From the NCBI GenBank assembly GCA_035631035.1, contig DASQJL010000076.1, forward strand, positions 13,482-77,481: 64,000 nt of DNA, in the 5' to 3' direction. Below are positions 16,911 through 26,138 of the stretch, one piece after another; position 1 is the first letter of the stretch; every line of letters starts with the position of its first letter. The notes beneath the pieces are model-generated. The model made no database searches. It saw only the letters and a program-made list of their open reading frames with translations, and was not told the DNA's origin. The stretch is from Candidatus Binatia bacterium. Its GTDB lineage: Bacteria; Eisenbacteria; RBG-16-71-46; SZUA-252. Position numbers and translations under genes: made by a program.

Positions 16911-18701
16911 ATGGATTGCGCCGAGGCCAAGTTACAGATCGAGTCCTACGTCGCCGGCGAGATCGCCGACGACCGGAAAGGACCGCTCGAAGAGCACCTC
17001 GCCTCATGCGCCGAGTGCCGTCTGGACAGCGAGCTGACCCGCGCGTCCCGCAATCAGCCAGCCGACCCCGACCCCAACGTCGCTCCCGGCGCGTTCGTGG
17101 AATCGATCCAGCCCGACGCCGGGGACTCGCAATCCGGCTCCGGGGCGGACGATCGCCCGGCCGGGGCGACGCAGGCTGCGGACGGGAGCTGGACCCTCGA
17201 GTCGATCTTTGGAGCAGGGGGAGCGGGGGGAGCAGGGGGAGCGGGCGGAGCCGGCGGACCCGGGGGAGCAGCGGCAGCACGCGGCGCCGGAGCAGCCGAA
17301 GCGGCCCAGGCGGGCGGCGGAGCCGCGGATAGCACCGCGAGTGAGGGCCCGGCCCTGCCCCCGCCTTCGCCGCAGCCTGACCCCTCGCCCGAATCGGTCT
17401 TCGCGGACGACGACGATCCGAGGTCGGCGCTGGCCGAGCGCGCCGCCGCCGCGGCCGCGCCTCTTCCCGAGCCCGATCTGTCGGTCCTGTCCGGGGACGT
17501 CCCCCCCGACTTCTCCGACGAGGCCCCCGCTTCGGACGCGCCCACGTGGGACTTTGAGCCCGCCGACCTCAAGGGCGGCGCCAAGCCTCCCCAGGGGAGT
17601 CTCTTCTTCGCCGAGGAGGCGCTATCCCGCTCCGGAGCCCGGAAGAAACCGGGCGTTCCGAAAATCGTCCTGTGGGGAGCCGGCGGCCTGGTCGGTGTGG
17701 GGCTGCTGGCGCTCTCGATCTGGATCGCGATGACGGTTCGCCAGCCGCTGCCCGAGGGCCGCCATCCGATGCGCGCCGGCACCGGTCCGGCCGCGCCGGG
17801 GAACGACGCGGCGGCCACTCCGGCGCCGGTCGTGCCGGCGGATCCGGCCACGGGCGCCAATCCCGTCGCGGTGGCGAATCCCGAAGCCCCGGCAGGGTCC
17901 GGCGCGCCAACCGAGACGCCCGCGACGAAGACGCCCTCGACGAGCGTTCCCGATTCGAACCCCGTCGCGAGCGCGCCGCCACAGGCCGAGGCCCCCGTGC
18001 CGCCGGCGCCCAAGACGGTCGCGGTCGCACCTTCGTCGGAGAAGGCGCACGCGGCCGCGCCCGCTCCGGCGCGCAAGCCGGCCCACGCCGGCGAGACGGT
18101 GGCGCGGACCGCTCCCAAGACTCCGGCGACGACGAAGCCGGCGGCGCTTAAGCCCGTGCCCTCGAAGCCCTGGCCCGCGGCGCCCGTTCTCGATTCGGAA
18201 GACGAGGAAGAGGCCGTCACGCCGCCGCGCGTCGTGCCGCATTCGGGGACTCCGACCTCGCCGTCGACCGCCTCGAACACGAGCCCGGCCCCTCCGGGCG
18301 GCTCCACGTCCGCGCCGTCCGGCTCCGCGTCCGCGCCGTCCTCGGAGCCGGCTTCGTCCCCGGCTCCTTCCGCTCCCGACGCGGTCGAGCGCCCGATCGA
18401 CCGGCTGCATCTCGCGACGCTGAACGCGGAGCAGAACGCCGACCTCGTCGCGCTCCGGAAGCTGCGCGAAACCTGGCGCGCGTTCCTGAAGGGCAGCATC
18501 GGCCCCGACCGCTCGCGCGCCAAGCGGGAGCTGGCCGACTGTCTCTGGGCCATCCAGACGCTCACCTCGAAGTTCTCCGACCAGAAGGAAGCGCTCGCCG
18601 CCTACCGCGACTTCGTGCTGAACGCCCCCGCCGGCGGGGCGGACGCGCGCACCGTCGCCCGCATGCGCCAGCTGGAAGACGCCGTCGCCGAGTCGCACTG
18701 A
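16911..18701 (+). CDS. putative anti-sigma factor with N-terminal zf-HC2 (HxxxCxxC) domain, long Gly/Pro/Ala-rich linker, one TM, and a periplasmic C-terminal domain
   Basis: MDCAEAKLQIESYVAGEIADDRKGPLEEHLASCAECR is the zf-HC2 signature. The TM is IVLWGAGGLVGVGLLALSIWIAM. Confidence 0.5.
   Translation: MDCAEAKLQIESYVAGEIADDRKGPLEEHLASCAECRLDSELTRASRNQPADPDPNVAPGAFVESIQPDAGDSQSGSGADDRPAGATQAADGSWTLESIFGAGGAGGAGGAGGAGGPGGAAAARGAGAAEAAQAGGGAADSTASEGPALPPPSPQPDPSPESVFADDDDPRSALAERAAAAAAPLPEPDLSVLSGDVPPDFSDEAPASDAPTWDFEPADLKGGAKPPQGSLFFAEEALSRSGARKKPGVPKIVLWGAGGLVGVGLLALSIWIAMTVRQPLPEGRHPMRAGTGPAAPGNDAAATPAPVVPADPATGANPVAVANPEAPAGSGAPTETPATKTPSTSVPDSNPVASAPPQAEAPVPPAPKTVAVAPSSEKAHAAAPAPARKPAHAGETVARTAPKTPATTKPAALKPVPSKPWPAAPVLDSEDEEEAVTPPRVVPHSGTPTSPSTASNTSPAPPGGSTSAPSGSASAPSSEPASSPAPSAPDAVERPIDRLHLATLNAEQNADLVALRKLRETWRAFLKGSIGPDRSRAKRELADCLWAIQTLTSKFSDQKEALAAYRDFVLNAPAGGADARTVARMRQLEDAVAESH
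17211..17273. repeat. seven tandem 9-bp GGAGCDGGS units encoding (GAG)n within the anti-sigma gene
   Basis: GGAGCAGGG GGAGCGGGG GGAGCAGGG GGAGCGGGC GGAGCCGGC GGACCCGGG GGAGCAGCG. Confidence 0.7.
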
Positions 18702-18769
18702 GCGTCCCCGCTTCGGCTTCGGCCCCTTCGATTGACGGCCGTCGGGCCCGCCCCGTAGGCTCGTAGGTC

Positions 18770-21313
18770 GTGGAACCGTGGTGGCGCAAACGTCCTGAGT
18801 GGTCCCGGCCGGCCTGGCTCAAAGTCCCGAGCGGGACCACGCCGCGCCCGCCGTGGCTCAAGCTTCCGCGCCCGTCCTGGCTTCCCAAGGGCCACGCCCG
18901 CTGGCTGATCTTCCTGCTCATCGTCGCTTTCGGCTTCGTCGCCTACGACTGGTTCCGGCTCTCGGCGATCGGCTCGTCCCAGTATTCGGGGAAGGGGTGG
19001 ACTTTCCCGACCCGCGTCTACGCCGATTGGAGGGAGTACCGGGTCGGCGATCCGCTCGACACGCCGACGCTCCAATCGTCGCTCGATCGCGCGCGCTACC
19101 GCCGCGTCTGGGCGCGCCCGGCCGACTATGGGCAGTACCGCATTCGCGGCACCTTCTTCGAGATCCGGCTGCGCCCCTTCCGCTATCCCGATTTCGCCGA
19201 GACGGGGACCGAGGTCCTGGCGGACGTGCGGAATGGGCGGCTCGTTTCGCTCTCCCAGGGATTTCAGGAGCCCCGCGGCCGCGGCATCCTCCGCATCGAC
19301 CCCGAGCTCCTCGGCGAATTCTCGAACGCCTCGCGCGAGCGGCGGAGCTACGTCCCGATCGGAGACATTCCCCGCCACGTCGTGCTGGCCGTGGTCGCCA
19401 GCGAGGACCGGCGCTTCTTCCGCCACTGGGGCCTCGATCTGATCGGCGTCTTCCGCGCCACGCTCCGCAACATGAGGGCCGGATCGGTCGTGGAGGGGGG
19501 AAGCACGATCAACCAGCAGCTCGCGAAGAACCTCTTCCTCTCCCAGGAGCGGAACATCTTCCGGAAGTTCCACGAGGCGCTGCTCGCGCTCCTGATCGAG
19601 ATCCGCTATCCGAAGGAGAAGATCCTCGAGCTCTACCTGAACCAGATCTACCTGGGGCAGCGGGGAAGCTGGAGCGTCTGCGGGGTCGAGGAGGCGTCGC
19701 TCTTCTACTTCAACAAGCACGCCAAGGAGCTGACCCTTCCCGAGGGAGCGATGCTCGCCGGGATCATTCCGGCGCCGAACCGACTCTCCCCCTACCGCGA
19801 CCGCGGCGCCGCGCTGGCGCGGCGCGACCAGGTGCTCGCCGACATGGTCGATTGCGGCTGGATCTCCAAGGAGGACATGCGCCGCTACCGCCGCATGCCG
19901 ATGCGCTTCGGCGCGAACCCGCCGCCCACCACCAAGGCGCCCTACTTCGTCGACTACGTGCGCGAGGTCCTCTCCAAGGACATAGCACCCCTCGACCTGA
20001 GCGCGCGCGGCTACTCCATCTTCACGACGATCGATCCCGAGATGCAGGAGAGCGCCGAGCGCGCCGTGAAGGACGGCGCGCGCGAGGCCGACTGGCGGTC
20101 GGGGCGCGGCGGCTCCGACAAGGACCCCGCCCAGGCCGCGCTGGTGGCGATCGATCCCTCCGACGGGTACATGCGCGCGATGGTCGGGGGGCGGAGCTAT
20201 GCCGAATCGCCCTACAACCGCGCGGTGGACTCCCGCCGGCAGCCCGGCTCCGCGTTCAAGCCGTTCGTCTACGTGGCCGCGCTCGATTCTCCCTACCAGG
20301 GACGGCGGCCGCCGCTGACGGCGGCCACGATGCTGGAGGACATGCCGGACACCTTCGCGACCCCGCAGGGACCCTGGGCTCCGCGCAACTACGAGAACTC
20401 CTACGAGGGGCACGTGACGGCGGCGCGCGCGCTCGCGCGCTCGCTGAACGCGGCCACCGTCCACCTGGCGGAGATGGTGGGGATCCCCAACGTGGCCCGC
20501 ACGGCGCACGTGCTGGGCATCCAGAGCCGGTTGCGCGAGGTGGCGTCGCTCTCCCTGGGCACGAGCGAGGTGACCCCGCTGGAGCTGACGACGGCCTACG
20601 CGGCGCTCGCCAACGGCGGGGTCTGGATCCGCCCCGTCGCGGTGCGCGCCGTGCTGGACCGTGCGGGCGATGAGGTCTGGTCGCCGAAGAAGGAGATGCG
20701 CCGCGTGCTCCGGCCCGAGACGGCCTACATGGCGACCATCATGCTCGAGGGCCCGGTGATCTACGGCACGGCGGCGGGGATCCGCTCGCAGTACGGCTTC
20801 ACGCGCCCCGCGGCGGGGAAGACCGGGACCACCGACGACGAGAACGACGCCTGGTTCATGGGCTACACGCCGCAGCTGGTGACCGGCGTGTGGGTGGGCT
20901 GCGACCACAACCGGAAGCTGGGGCTCACCGGGACGCAGGCGGCGGTGCCGATCTGGGTCCGCTTCATGGACGAGGCGCACCGCCATCTTCCGGTGCGCGA
21001 CTTCGTAGCACCGCCGGGCGTCGTCGAGGTGTGGATCGACGCGCAGACCGGCTATCGCGCGGGCCCCGACTGTCCGCGCGTGATGCGCGTGGCGTTCGCG
21101 GCGGGAACCGAGCCGCGCACCGTTTGTCCCGCGTTCCACGCGCCCGCGCTCTTCGACGAGAGCGATTCCACGAGCGCGTTCGATCACGGCACCGAGCTGG
21201 AGCCGCGCGATCACGGCGACCAGCCGTTCGATCCGGGCGACGAAGGGCCGCCCGGCGACGACGACCAGCAGCCGCCGCCGCCTTCCGACGAGGGCGACCA
21301 GCAGGGACGCTGA
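18770..21313 (+). CDS. class A penicillin-binding protein (bifunctional transglycosylase/transpeptidase, PBP1-type), GTG start
   Basis: GT51 motifs (VLAVVASEDRRFFRHWGLD, RKF…) and transpeptidase SxxK/SxN (QPGSAFKPFVY). Confidence 0.85.
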   Translation: MEPWWRKRPEWSRPAWLKVPSGTTPRPPWLKLPRPSWLPKGHARWLIFLLIVAFGFVAYDWFRLSAIGSSQYSGKGWTFPTRVYADWREYRVGDPLDTPTLQSSLDRARYRRVWARPADYGQYRIRGTFFEIRLRPFRYPDFAETGTEVLADVRNGRLVSLSQGFQEPRGRGILRIDPELLGEFSNASRERRSYVPIGDIPRHVVLAVVASEDRRFFRHWGLDLIGVFRATLRNMRAGSVVEGGSTINQQLAKNLFLSQERNIFRKFHEALLALLIEIRYPKEKILELYLNQIYLGQRGSWSVCGVEEASLFYFNKHAKELTLPEGAMLAGIIPAPNRLSPYRDRGAALARRDQVLADMVDCGWISKEDMRRYRRMPMRFGANPPPTTKAPYFVDYVREVLSKDIAPLDLSARGYSIFTTIDPEMQESAERAVKDGAREADWRSGRGGSDKDPAQAALVAIDPSDGYMRAMVGGRSYAESPYNRAVDSRRQPGSAFKPFVYVAALDSPYQGRRPPLTAATMLEDMPDTFATPQGPWAPRNYENSYEGHVTAARALARSLNAATVHLAEMVGIPNVARTAHVLGIQSRLREVASLSLGTSEVTPLELTTAYAALANGGVWIRPVAVRAVLDRAGDEVWSPKKEMRRVLRPETAYMATIMLEGPVIYGTAAGIRSQYGFTRPAAGKTGTTDDENDAWFMGYTPQLVTGVWVGCDHNRKLGLTGTQAAVPIWVRFMDEAHRHLPVRDFVAPPGVVEVWIDAQTGYRAGPDCPRVMRVAFAAGTEPRTVCPAFHAPALFDESDSTSAFDHGTELEPRDHGDQPFDPGDEGPPGDDDQQPPPPSDEGDQQGR

Positions 21314-21338
21314 GCGCCGAAGCCTCGTAGCGCCGCGC

Positions 21339-21354
21339 CGCGCACGCGCGTGCG
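21339..21354. other. perfect 16-bp palindrome GCGCACGCGCGTGCGC between the PBP gene and dnaE
   Basis: Self-complementary; possible terminator stem or operator. Confidence 0.5.
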
Positions 21355-21382
21355 CCACGGTGTCCCGCGCCGCGCGTGAAAA

Positions 21383-21413
21383 TGACGCGCCCGCGTCCGC
21401 CGTCGCGTATACT
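21383..21413 (+). promoter_or_regulatory. candidate dnaE promoter TGACGC-19 nt-TATACT
   Basis: AT-rich -10-like hexamer stands out in 70% GC DNA, 53 nt upstream of the dnaE ATG. Confidence 0.25.
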
Positions 21414-21466
21414 GCGGTCGTGGAACGTTCCCCCGACGGATTCCCCGCGACGCCCCCGGTGCGCGC

Positions 21467-24400
21467 ATGAGCGCGCCCTTCGTCCATCTCCATAACCACA
21501 GCGACTACTCGCTCCTCGACGGAGCGTGTCGCCTCGACCGCCTGATCGATCGCGCGAAGAAGCTCGGCATGCCGGCGCTCGCGCTCACGGATCACGGCAA
21601 TCTCTTCGGCGCGGTCGAGTTCTACGGGATGGCCAAGGCCGCCGGCGTGAAGCCGATCATCGGCTGCGAGGTCTACGTGGCGCACGGCGCGCGCGGCGAG
21701 AAGTCGCGCGGCCCCGATGGCAAGGGCGCCTACGACCACCTGGTGCTCCTCGCGAAGAACCGCGAGGGCTACCGGAACCTCATGAAGCTCTCCTCCCTCG
21801 GCTTCACCGAAGGCTTCCACTACAAGCCGCGCGTCGACAAGGAGCTGCTCGCCGCCCACGCCGGCGGGCTCCTCTGCCTGAGCGCCTGCCTGCGCGGCGA
21901 GGTGCCGCAGCGCGTCGTGGCCGGCGATCTCGAGAGGGCGAGGACCGCGGCGGGGTGGTACCGGGACCTGTACGGGGCCGATTCCTACTTCTTCGAGATC
22001 CAGGACCACGGCATCCCCGAGGAGCGGGTCTCGGCGGAGGGGCTGCTCGAGCTGGGCCGGCGGATGGGGATTCCGGTCGTGGCGACGAACGATTGCCACT
22101 ATCTGCAGCGCGAGGACGCCGAGGCGCACGAGGTGCTCCTCTGCATCCAGACCGGCAAGACGATGCTCGATCCGGACCGCTTCCGCTTCGCGACCGATCA
22201 GCTGTACGTGAAGACCCCCGAGGAGATGGAAGCGCTGTTCGCGCACGCGCCGGAGGCGATCCGGAACACGCTGGTCGCGGCCGAGCGCTGCGAGCTGGCG
22301 CTGGACACCGAGCGCGTTCAGCTTCCTTCCTTCCCGCTCCCGCCCGACATCGAGAGCGAGGAGGGGTATCTCCGGCGCCTCGCCGAAGAGGGCCTGGCGC
22401 GCCGCTACGGCGAAGGCGTCCAGGAGGTCCATCGCACGCGCCTGGAGTACGAGCTGGACGTCATCTGCAAGGTCGGCTACGCGCGCTACTTCCTGATCGT
22501 GCGCGACTTCACCGACTACGCCCGCAACAACGGCGTGGCCGTGGGGCCGGGGCGCGGGTCGGCCGCGGGGAGCATCGTCTCCTACTGTCTCGGGATCACC
22601 GATCTCGATCCGATCCGGTTCGACCTCCTCTTCGAGCGCTTCCTGAATCCGGAGCGCGTGAGCATGCCCGACATCGACATCGACTTCTCGTACGAGACGC
22701 GCCAGAAGGTGATCGACTACGTGGTCGGCCGCTACGGTCGCGAGAGCGTGAGCCAGATCATCACGTTCGGGACCATGGCCGCGCGCGCCGTCGTGCGCGA
22801 CGTCGGTCGCGCGATCGGGATGACCTACGCCGAGGTGGACCGCGTGGCCAAGATGGTGCCGGGCGACCTGGGGATGACGCTCCCCAAGGCGCTGGAGATC
22901 GTCCCCGAGCTCAAGGCGCTCCCACAGCAGGGAGAGACCTACGCGCGCCTGATCCGCTGCTCGCTCGCCCTGGAGGGACTGGCGCGTCACGCCTCGACCC
23001 ACGCGGCGGGCGTGCTCATCGCGCCGGGGCCACTCATGGACTACGTGCCGGTCTACAAGTCCCCGAAGGGGGACTTCACGACCCAGTTCGACATGAACTC
23101 GCTGGAGAAGGTCGGCCTCCTGAAGATGGACTTCCTCGGGCTCCGCACGCTGACGGTGCTCGAGGACGCGGTGGCGCACGTGAGGGAGTCGACCGGCGGG
23201 ACGATCGATCTCAAGGAGATCCCGCTCGACGACAAGACCACGTTCGACCTGCTGGGGAAGGCGCAGTCGGTCGGGGTGTTCCAGCTGGAGTCCTCCGGCA
23301 TGCGCGACCTGCTCCGGAAGCTCATGCCCGACACGTTCGAGGACATCATCGCGATCAACGCGCTCTTCCGTCCCGGCCCCATCCAGAGCGGCATGATCGA
23401 CGATTTCGTCAAGCGCAAGCACGGGAAGCAGAAGGTCACCTACATGCACCCGGCGCTCGAGCCGATCTTGAAGAACACCTACGGCGTCATCGCCTACCAG
23501 GACCAGGTCATGCAGATCGCGAACCGGCTCGCGGGGTTCACCCTCGCGCAGGCGGACCTGCTCCGGCGCGCGATGGGGAAGAAGAAGCCGGAGGAGATGG
23601 CCCGCATGAAGAAGTCGTTCCTCGAGGGCTGCGCCGAGCGGGAGGTCCCGAAGAAGACGGCCGAGGAGATCTTCGATCTCATGGAGAAGTTCGCGGGGTA
23701 CGGCTTCGTGCGCGCCCACAGCGCGGCCTACGCGATCCTCTCCTACCAGTGCGCCTATCTGAAGGCGCATCACCCCGCCGCCTATCTCGCGGCGTCGCTC
23801 ACCAGCGAAGTCGGCGACACCGACCGCATCGTGGCGCTCGTGGACGAGGCGCGCCGCACCGGGCTCCAGGTGCTGGCGCCCGACGTGAACCGGAGCAAGG
23901 CGGCGTTCACGCTGGAGGGGAACGCCATCCGCTTCGGCCTCTCCGCCGTGAAGAACGTCGGCGTCGGCTCGGTCGAGGCGATCGTGAAGGCGCGCGACGA
24001 GGGAGGGCCCTTCCGGACGCTCTCCGACTTCCTGCGCCGCGTCGACACCGCCGCCCTGAACCGGCGCGTCGTCGAGTCCCTGATCCAGGCGGGCGCCTGC
24101 GACGGTCTCGAAGGGGACCGCGCGCAGCTCCTCGAAGCGGTCGGAGATCTGCTCGCGCAGATCCAGGAGCGAGCGCGCTCGGTCGCGAAGCACCAGGAGA
24201 GCCTCTTCGGCTCCGATCCGATGGCGGCGCCGTCCGACCCGCCGCTCCCCCTGATCGCGCCCTGGGGCCTGGAAGAGCGGCTCCGGCGGGAGAAGGAGGT
24301 GCTCGGCTTCTATTTCTCAGACCATCCGCTCGGCGCCTACCGGCACATCATCGAGGCGCGCGCGACCCACACGACCGCGCGGCTCCGCGAGTGCCGCGAG

Positions 24401-24955
24401 GGGCAGGAGGTCGTGCTGATCGGACTGGTCGCCGCGATGAAGCCGCACGTGGACCGGAACAAGCGGCCGATGGCGTTCGTCACGATCGAGGACCTGCGCG
24501 GCACCGTCGAGACCACCCTGTTCGCCGATCTCTTCGAGCGGAGCCGCGCGGCGCTCACCCCGGGCACCGTGATCGAGGCCCGCGGGAAGGTGAACGTGCG
24601 CGAGGAGGCCGATCCCAAGATGGTCCTCACGGCGGTCCGCCCCGTCCCGCACCCGGGGGAGGGGGGCCCGACCGAGCTCCGGATCGATCTCGTCAAGGCT
24701 CCGCCCTCGATCACCCCCGAGGAGATCCGCTCGGTGCTGGTTCGCCACCCCGGCGAAAGCCCCGTATACTTCAAGGTTCCGGGAGCGGAGGGCGCGGAGG
24801 CGGTCACGATCCGCGCGCGCCGGCTCCTGGTCTCGCCCAGCGCAGAGCTGCTCCAGGAGCTCCGGGAGCGCCTCGGCGCCGACGCCGTGCGCGTCACGGG
24901 ACCCGCGCTCGATTCGCCGAGCGCGGGCGGGCGAGCGGAGGCCGTTCCTCTCTGA
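21467..24955 (+). CDS. dnaE: DNA polymerase III alpha subunit
   Basis: PHP domain (HLHNHSDYSLLDGA), polymerase core and OB domains over 1162 aa. Confidence 0.95.
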   Translation: MSAPFVHLHNHSDYSLLDGACRLDRLIDRAKKLGMPALALTDHGNLFGAVEFYGMAKAAGVKPIIGCEVYVAHGARGEKSRGPDGKGAYDHLVLLAKNREGYRNLMKLSSLGFTEGFHYKPRVDKELLAAHAGGLLCLSACLRGEVPQRVVAGDLERARTAAGWYRDLYGADSYFFEIQDHGIPEERVSAEGLLELGRRMGIPVVATNDCHYLQREDAEAHEVLLCIQTGKTMLDPDRFRFATDQLYVKTPEEMEALFAHAPEAIRNTLVAAERCELALDTERVQLPSFPLPPDIESEEGYLRRLAEEGLARRYGEGVQEVHRTRLEYELDVICKVGYARYFLIVRDFTDYARNNGVAVGPGRGSAAGSIVSYCLGITDLDPIRFDLLFERFLNPERVSMPDIDIDFSYETRQKVIDYVVGRYGRESVSQIITFGTMAARAVVRDVGRAIGMTYAEVDRVAKMVPGDLGMTLPKALEIVPELKALPQQGETYARLIRCSLALEGLARHASTHAAGVLIAPGPLMDYVPVYKSPKGDFTTQFDMNSLEKVGLLKMDFLGLRTLTVLEDAVAHVRESTGGTIDLKEIPLDDKTTFDLLGKAQSVGVFQLESSGMRDLLRKLMPDTFEDIIAINALFRPGPIQSGMIDDFVKRKHGKQKVTYMHPALEPILKNTYGVIAYQDQVMQIANRLAGFTLAQADLLRRAMGKKKPEEMARMKKSFLEGCAEREVPKKTAEEIFDLMEKFAGYGFVRAHSAAYAILSYQCAYLKAHHPAAYLAASLTSEVGDTDRIVALVDEARRTGLQVLAPDVNRSKAAFTLEGNAIRFGLSAVKNVGVGSVEAIVKARDEGGPFRTLSDFLRRVDTAALNRRVVESLIQAGACDGLEGDRAQLLEAVGDLLAQIQERARSVAKHQESLFGSDPMAAPSDPPLPLIAPWGLEERLRREKEVLGFYFSDHPLGAYRHIIEARATHTTARLRECREGQEVVLIGLVAAMKPHVDRNKRPMAFVTIEDLRGTVETTLFADLFERSRAALTPGTVIEARGKVNVREEADPKMVLTAVRPVPHPGEGGPTELRIDLVKAPPSITPEEIRSVLVRHPGESPVYFKVPGAEGAEAVTIRARRLLVSPSAELLQELRERLGADAVRVTGPALDSPSAGGRAEAVPL

Positions 24956-24968
24956 TCCGGAGGGACCC

Positions 24969-25958
24969 ATGAACGGAACCTGGCTCGACTTCGAGAAGCC
25001 GCTCCTCGATCTGGAGCGGCGGATCGAGGATGCCCGCGGCCTGGCGCAGGACGGAGATGCCGCGGCGCAGGAGGAGGTCTCGCGGCTGGAGCGGAAGGCG
25101 GACCGCCTCCGGCAGGAGATCTACTCCAAGCTGACCCGGTGGCAGCGCGTGAAGCTGGCCCGCCACCCGCGTCGTCCCTACACCCTCGACTACCTGGCCG
25201 TCATGGCTCCCGAGTTCATGGAGCTGCACGGCGACCGCCGCTTCGCCGACGATCCCGCGATGGTGGGCGGCGTCGCCGTGGTGGACGGCCTGCCGCTCAT
25301 GCTGATCGGGCACCAGAAGGGGCGGGACACCAAGGAGAACATCTACCGCAACTTCGGCATGGCGCACCCGGAGGGATACCGGAAGGCGCTCCGCCTGATG
25401 CGCCTCGCCGCGAACTTCGGGATCCCGATCGTGACCTTCGTGGACACGCCCGGCGCCTATCCGGGCCTGGGGGCCGAGGAGCGCGGCCAGTCCGAGGCGC
25501 TGGCCCGGAACATCCTCGAGATGGCCCACCTCGCGGTGCCGATCGTCACGGTGGTCATCGGCGAGGGGGGCTCGGGCGGCGCGCTCGCGATCGCGGTGGG
25601 GGACGTCGTGATGATGCTCGAGAACTCGATCTACTCGGTGATCACGCCGGAGGGGTGCGCGGCCATTCTATGGAAGGACGCGACCAAGGCGGAGCAGGCG
25701 GCCGAGGCGCTGAAGCTGACCGCGCAGGATCTGCTCGAGCTCAAGGTCATCGACGAGGTGATCCCCGAGCCGGTCGGCGGCGCGCACCGCGACCCGGAGG
25801 AGACGGCCCGCCGCGTCCAGAGCGTGGTCCTGCGCCACATCCGGGCGCTGATCGACCTTCCGGCGCAGGAGCTTCTCGACCGCCGGCTGGAGAAGTACAT
25901 GCGGATGGGGGTGTATCTGGAGGAGAGCGCGGCCACCGCGGCCGCCTCGGGAGCCTGA
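24969..25958 (+). CDS. accA: acetyl-CoA carboxylase carboxyltransferase alpha subunit
   Basis: Full-length AccA homology (…PRRPYTLDY…GAYPG…). Confidence 0.9.
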   Translation: MNGTWLDFEKPLLDLERRIEDARGLAQDGDAAAQEEVSRLERKADRLRQEIYSKLTRWQRVKLARHPRRPYTLDYLAVMAPEFMELHGDRRFADDPAMVGGVAVVDGLPLMLIGHQKGRDTKENIYRNFGMAHPEGYRKALRLMRLAANFGIPIVTFVDTPGAYPGLGAEERGQSEALARNILEMAHLAVPIVTVVIGEGGSGGALAIAVGDVVMMLENSIYSVITPEGCAAILWKDATKAEQAAEALKLTAQDLLELKVIDEVIPEPVGGAHRDPEETARRVQSVVLRHIRALIDLPAQELLDRRLEKYMRMGVYLEESAATAAASGA

Positions 25959-25961
25959 GCC

Positions 25962-26138
25962 ATGCCGTTGAGCGACGAGCTGCTGGAGATCCTGGTCTGT
26001 CCCCAATGCCGCGGAGACCTCGTGTACGATCGCGCCGCCGAGCGGCTGGTCTGCGCGCGCTGCCGTCTCCGGTACCCGATCGTGGACGACATTCCGGTCA
26101 TGCTGATCGAGGAAGCCGAGCGGATACCCGAGTCTTGA
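25962..26138 (+). CDS. Trm112/YcaR-family small zinc-ribbon-like protein (58 aa); absent from the ORF track because it is under 60 aa
   Basis: MPLSDELLEILVCPQCRGDLVYD…LVCARCRLRYPIVDDIPVMLIEEAE matches the Trm112p family. ATG lies 4 nt after the accA stop. Confidence 0.6.
   Translation: MPLSDELLEILVCPQCRGDLVYDRAAERLVCARCRLRYPIVDDIPVMLIEEAERIPES

Noticed and set aside
18602-24193. 1863-aa - strand ORF
   Set aside because: Antisense to the PBP and dnaE genes, which have unambiguous homology; stop-poor GC artefact.
25139-26134. Upstream 332 codons of the 1734-aa ORF containing the C25 peptidase
   Set aside because: Out-of-frame overlap with accA and Trm112. No signal peptide unless translation starts at TTG 26135, so only 26135-30343 is called.
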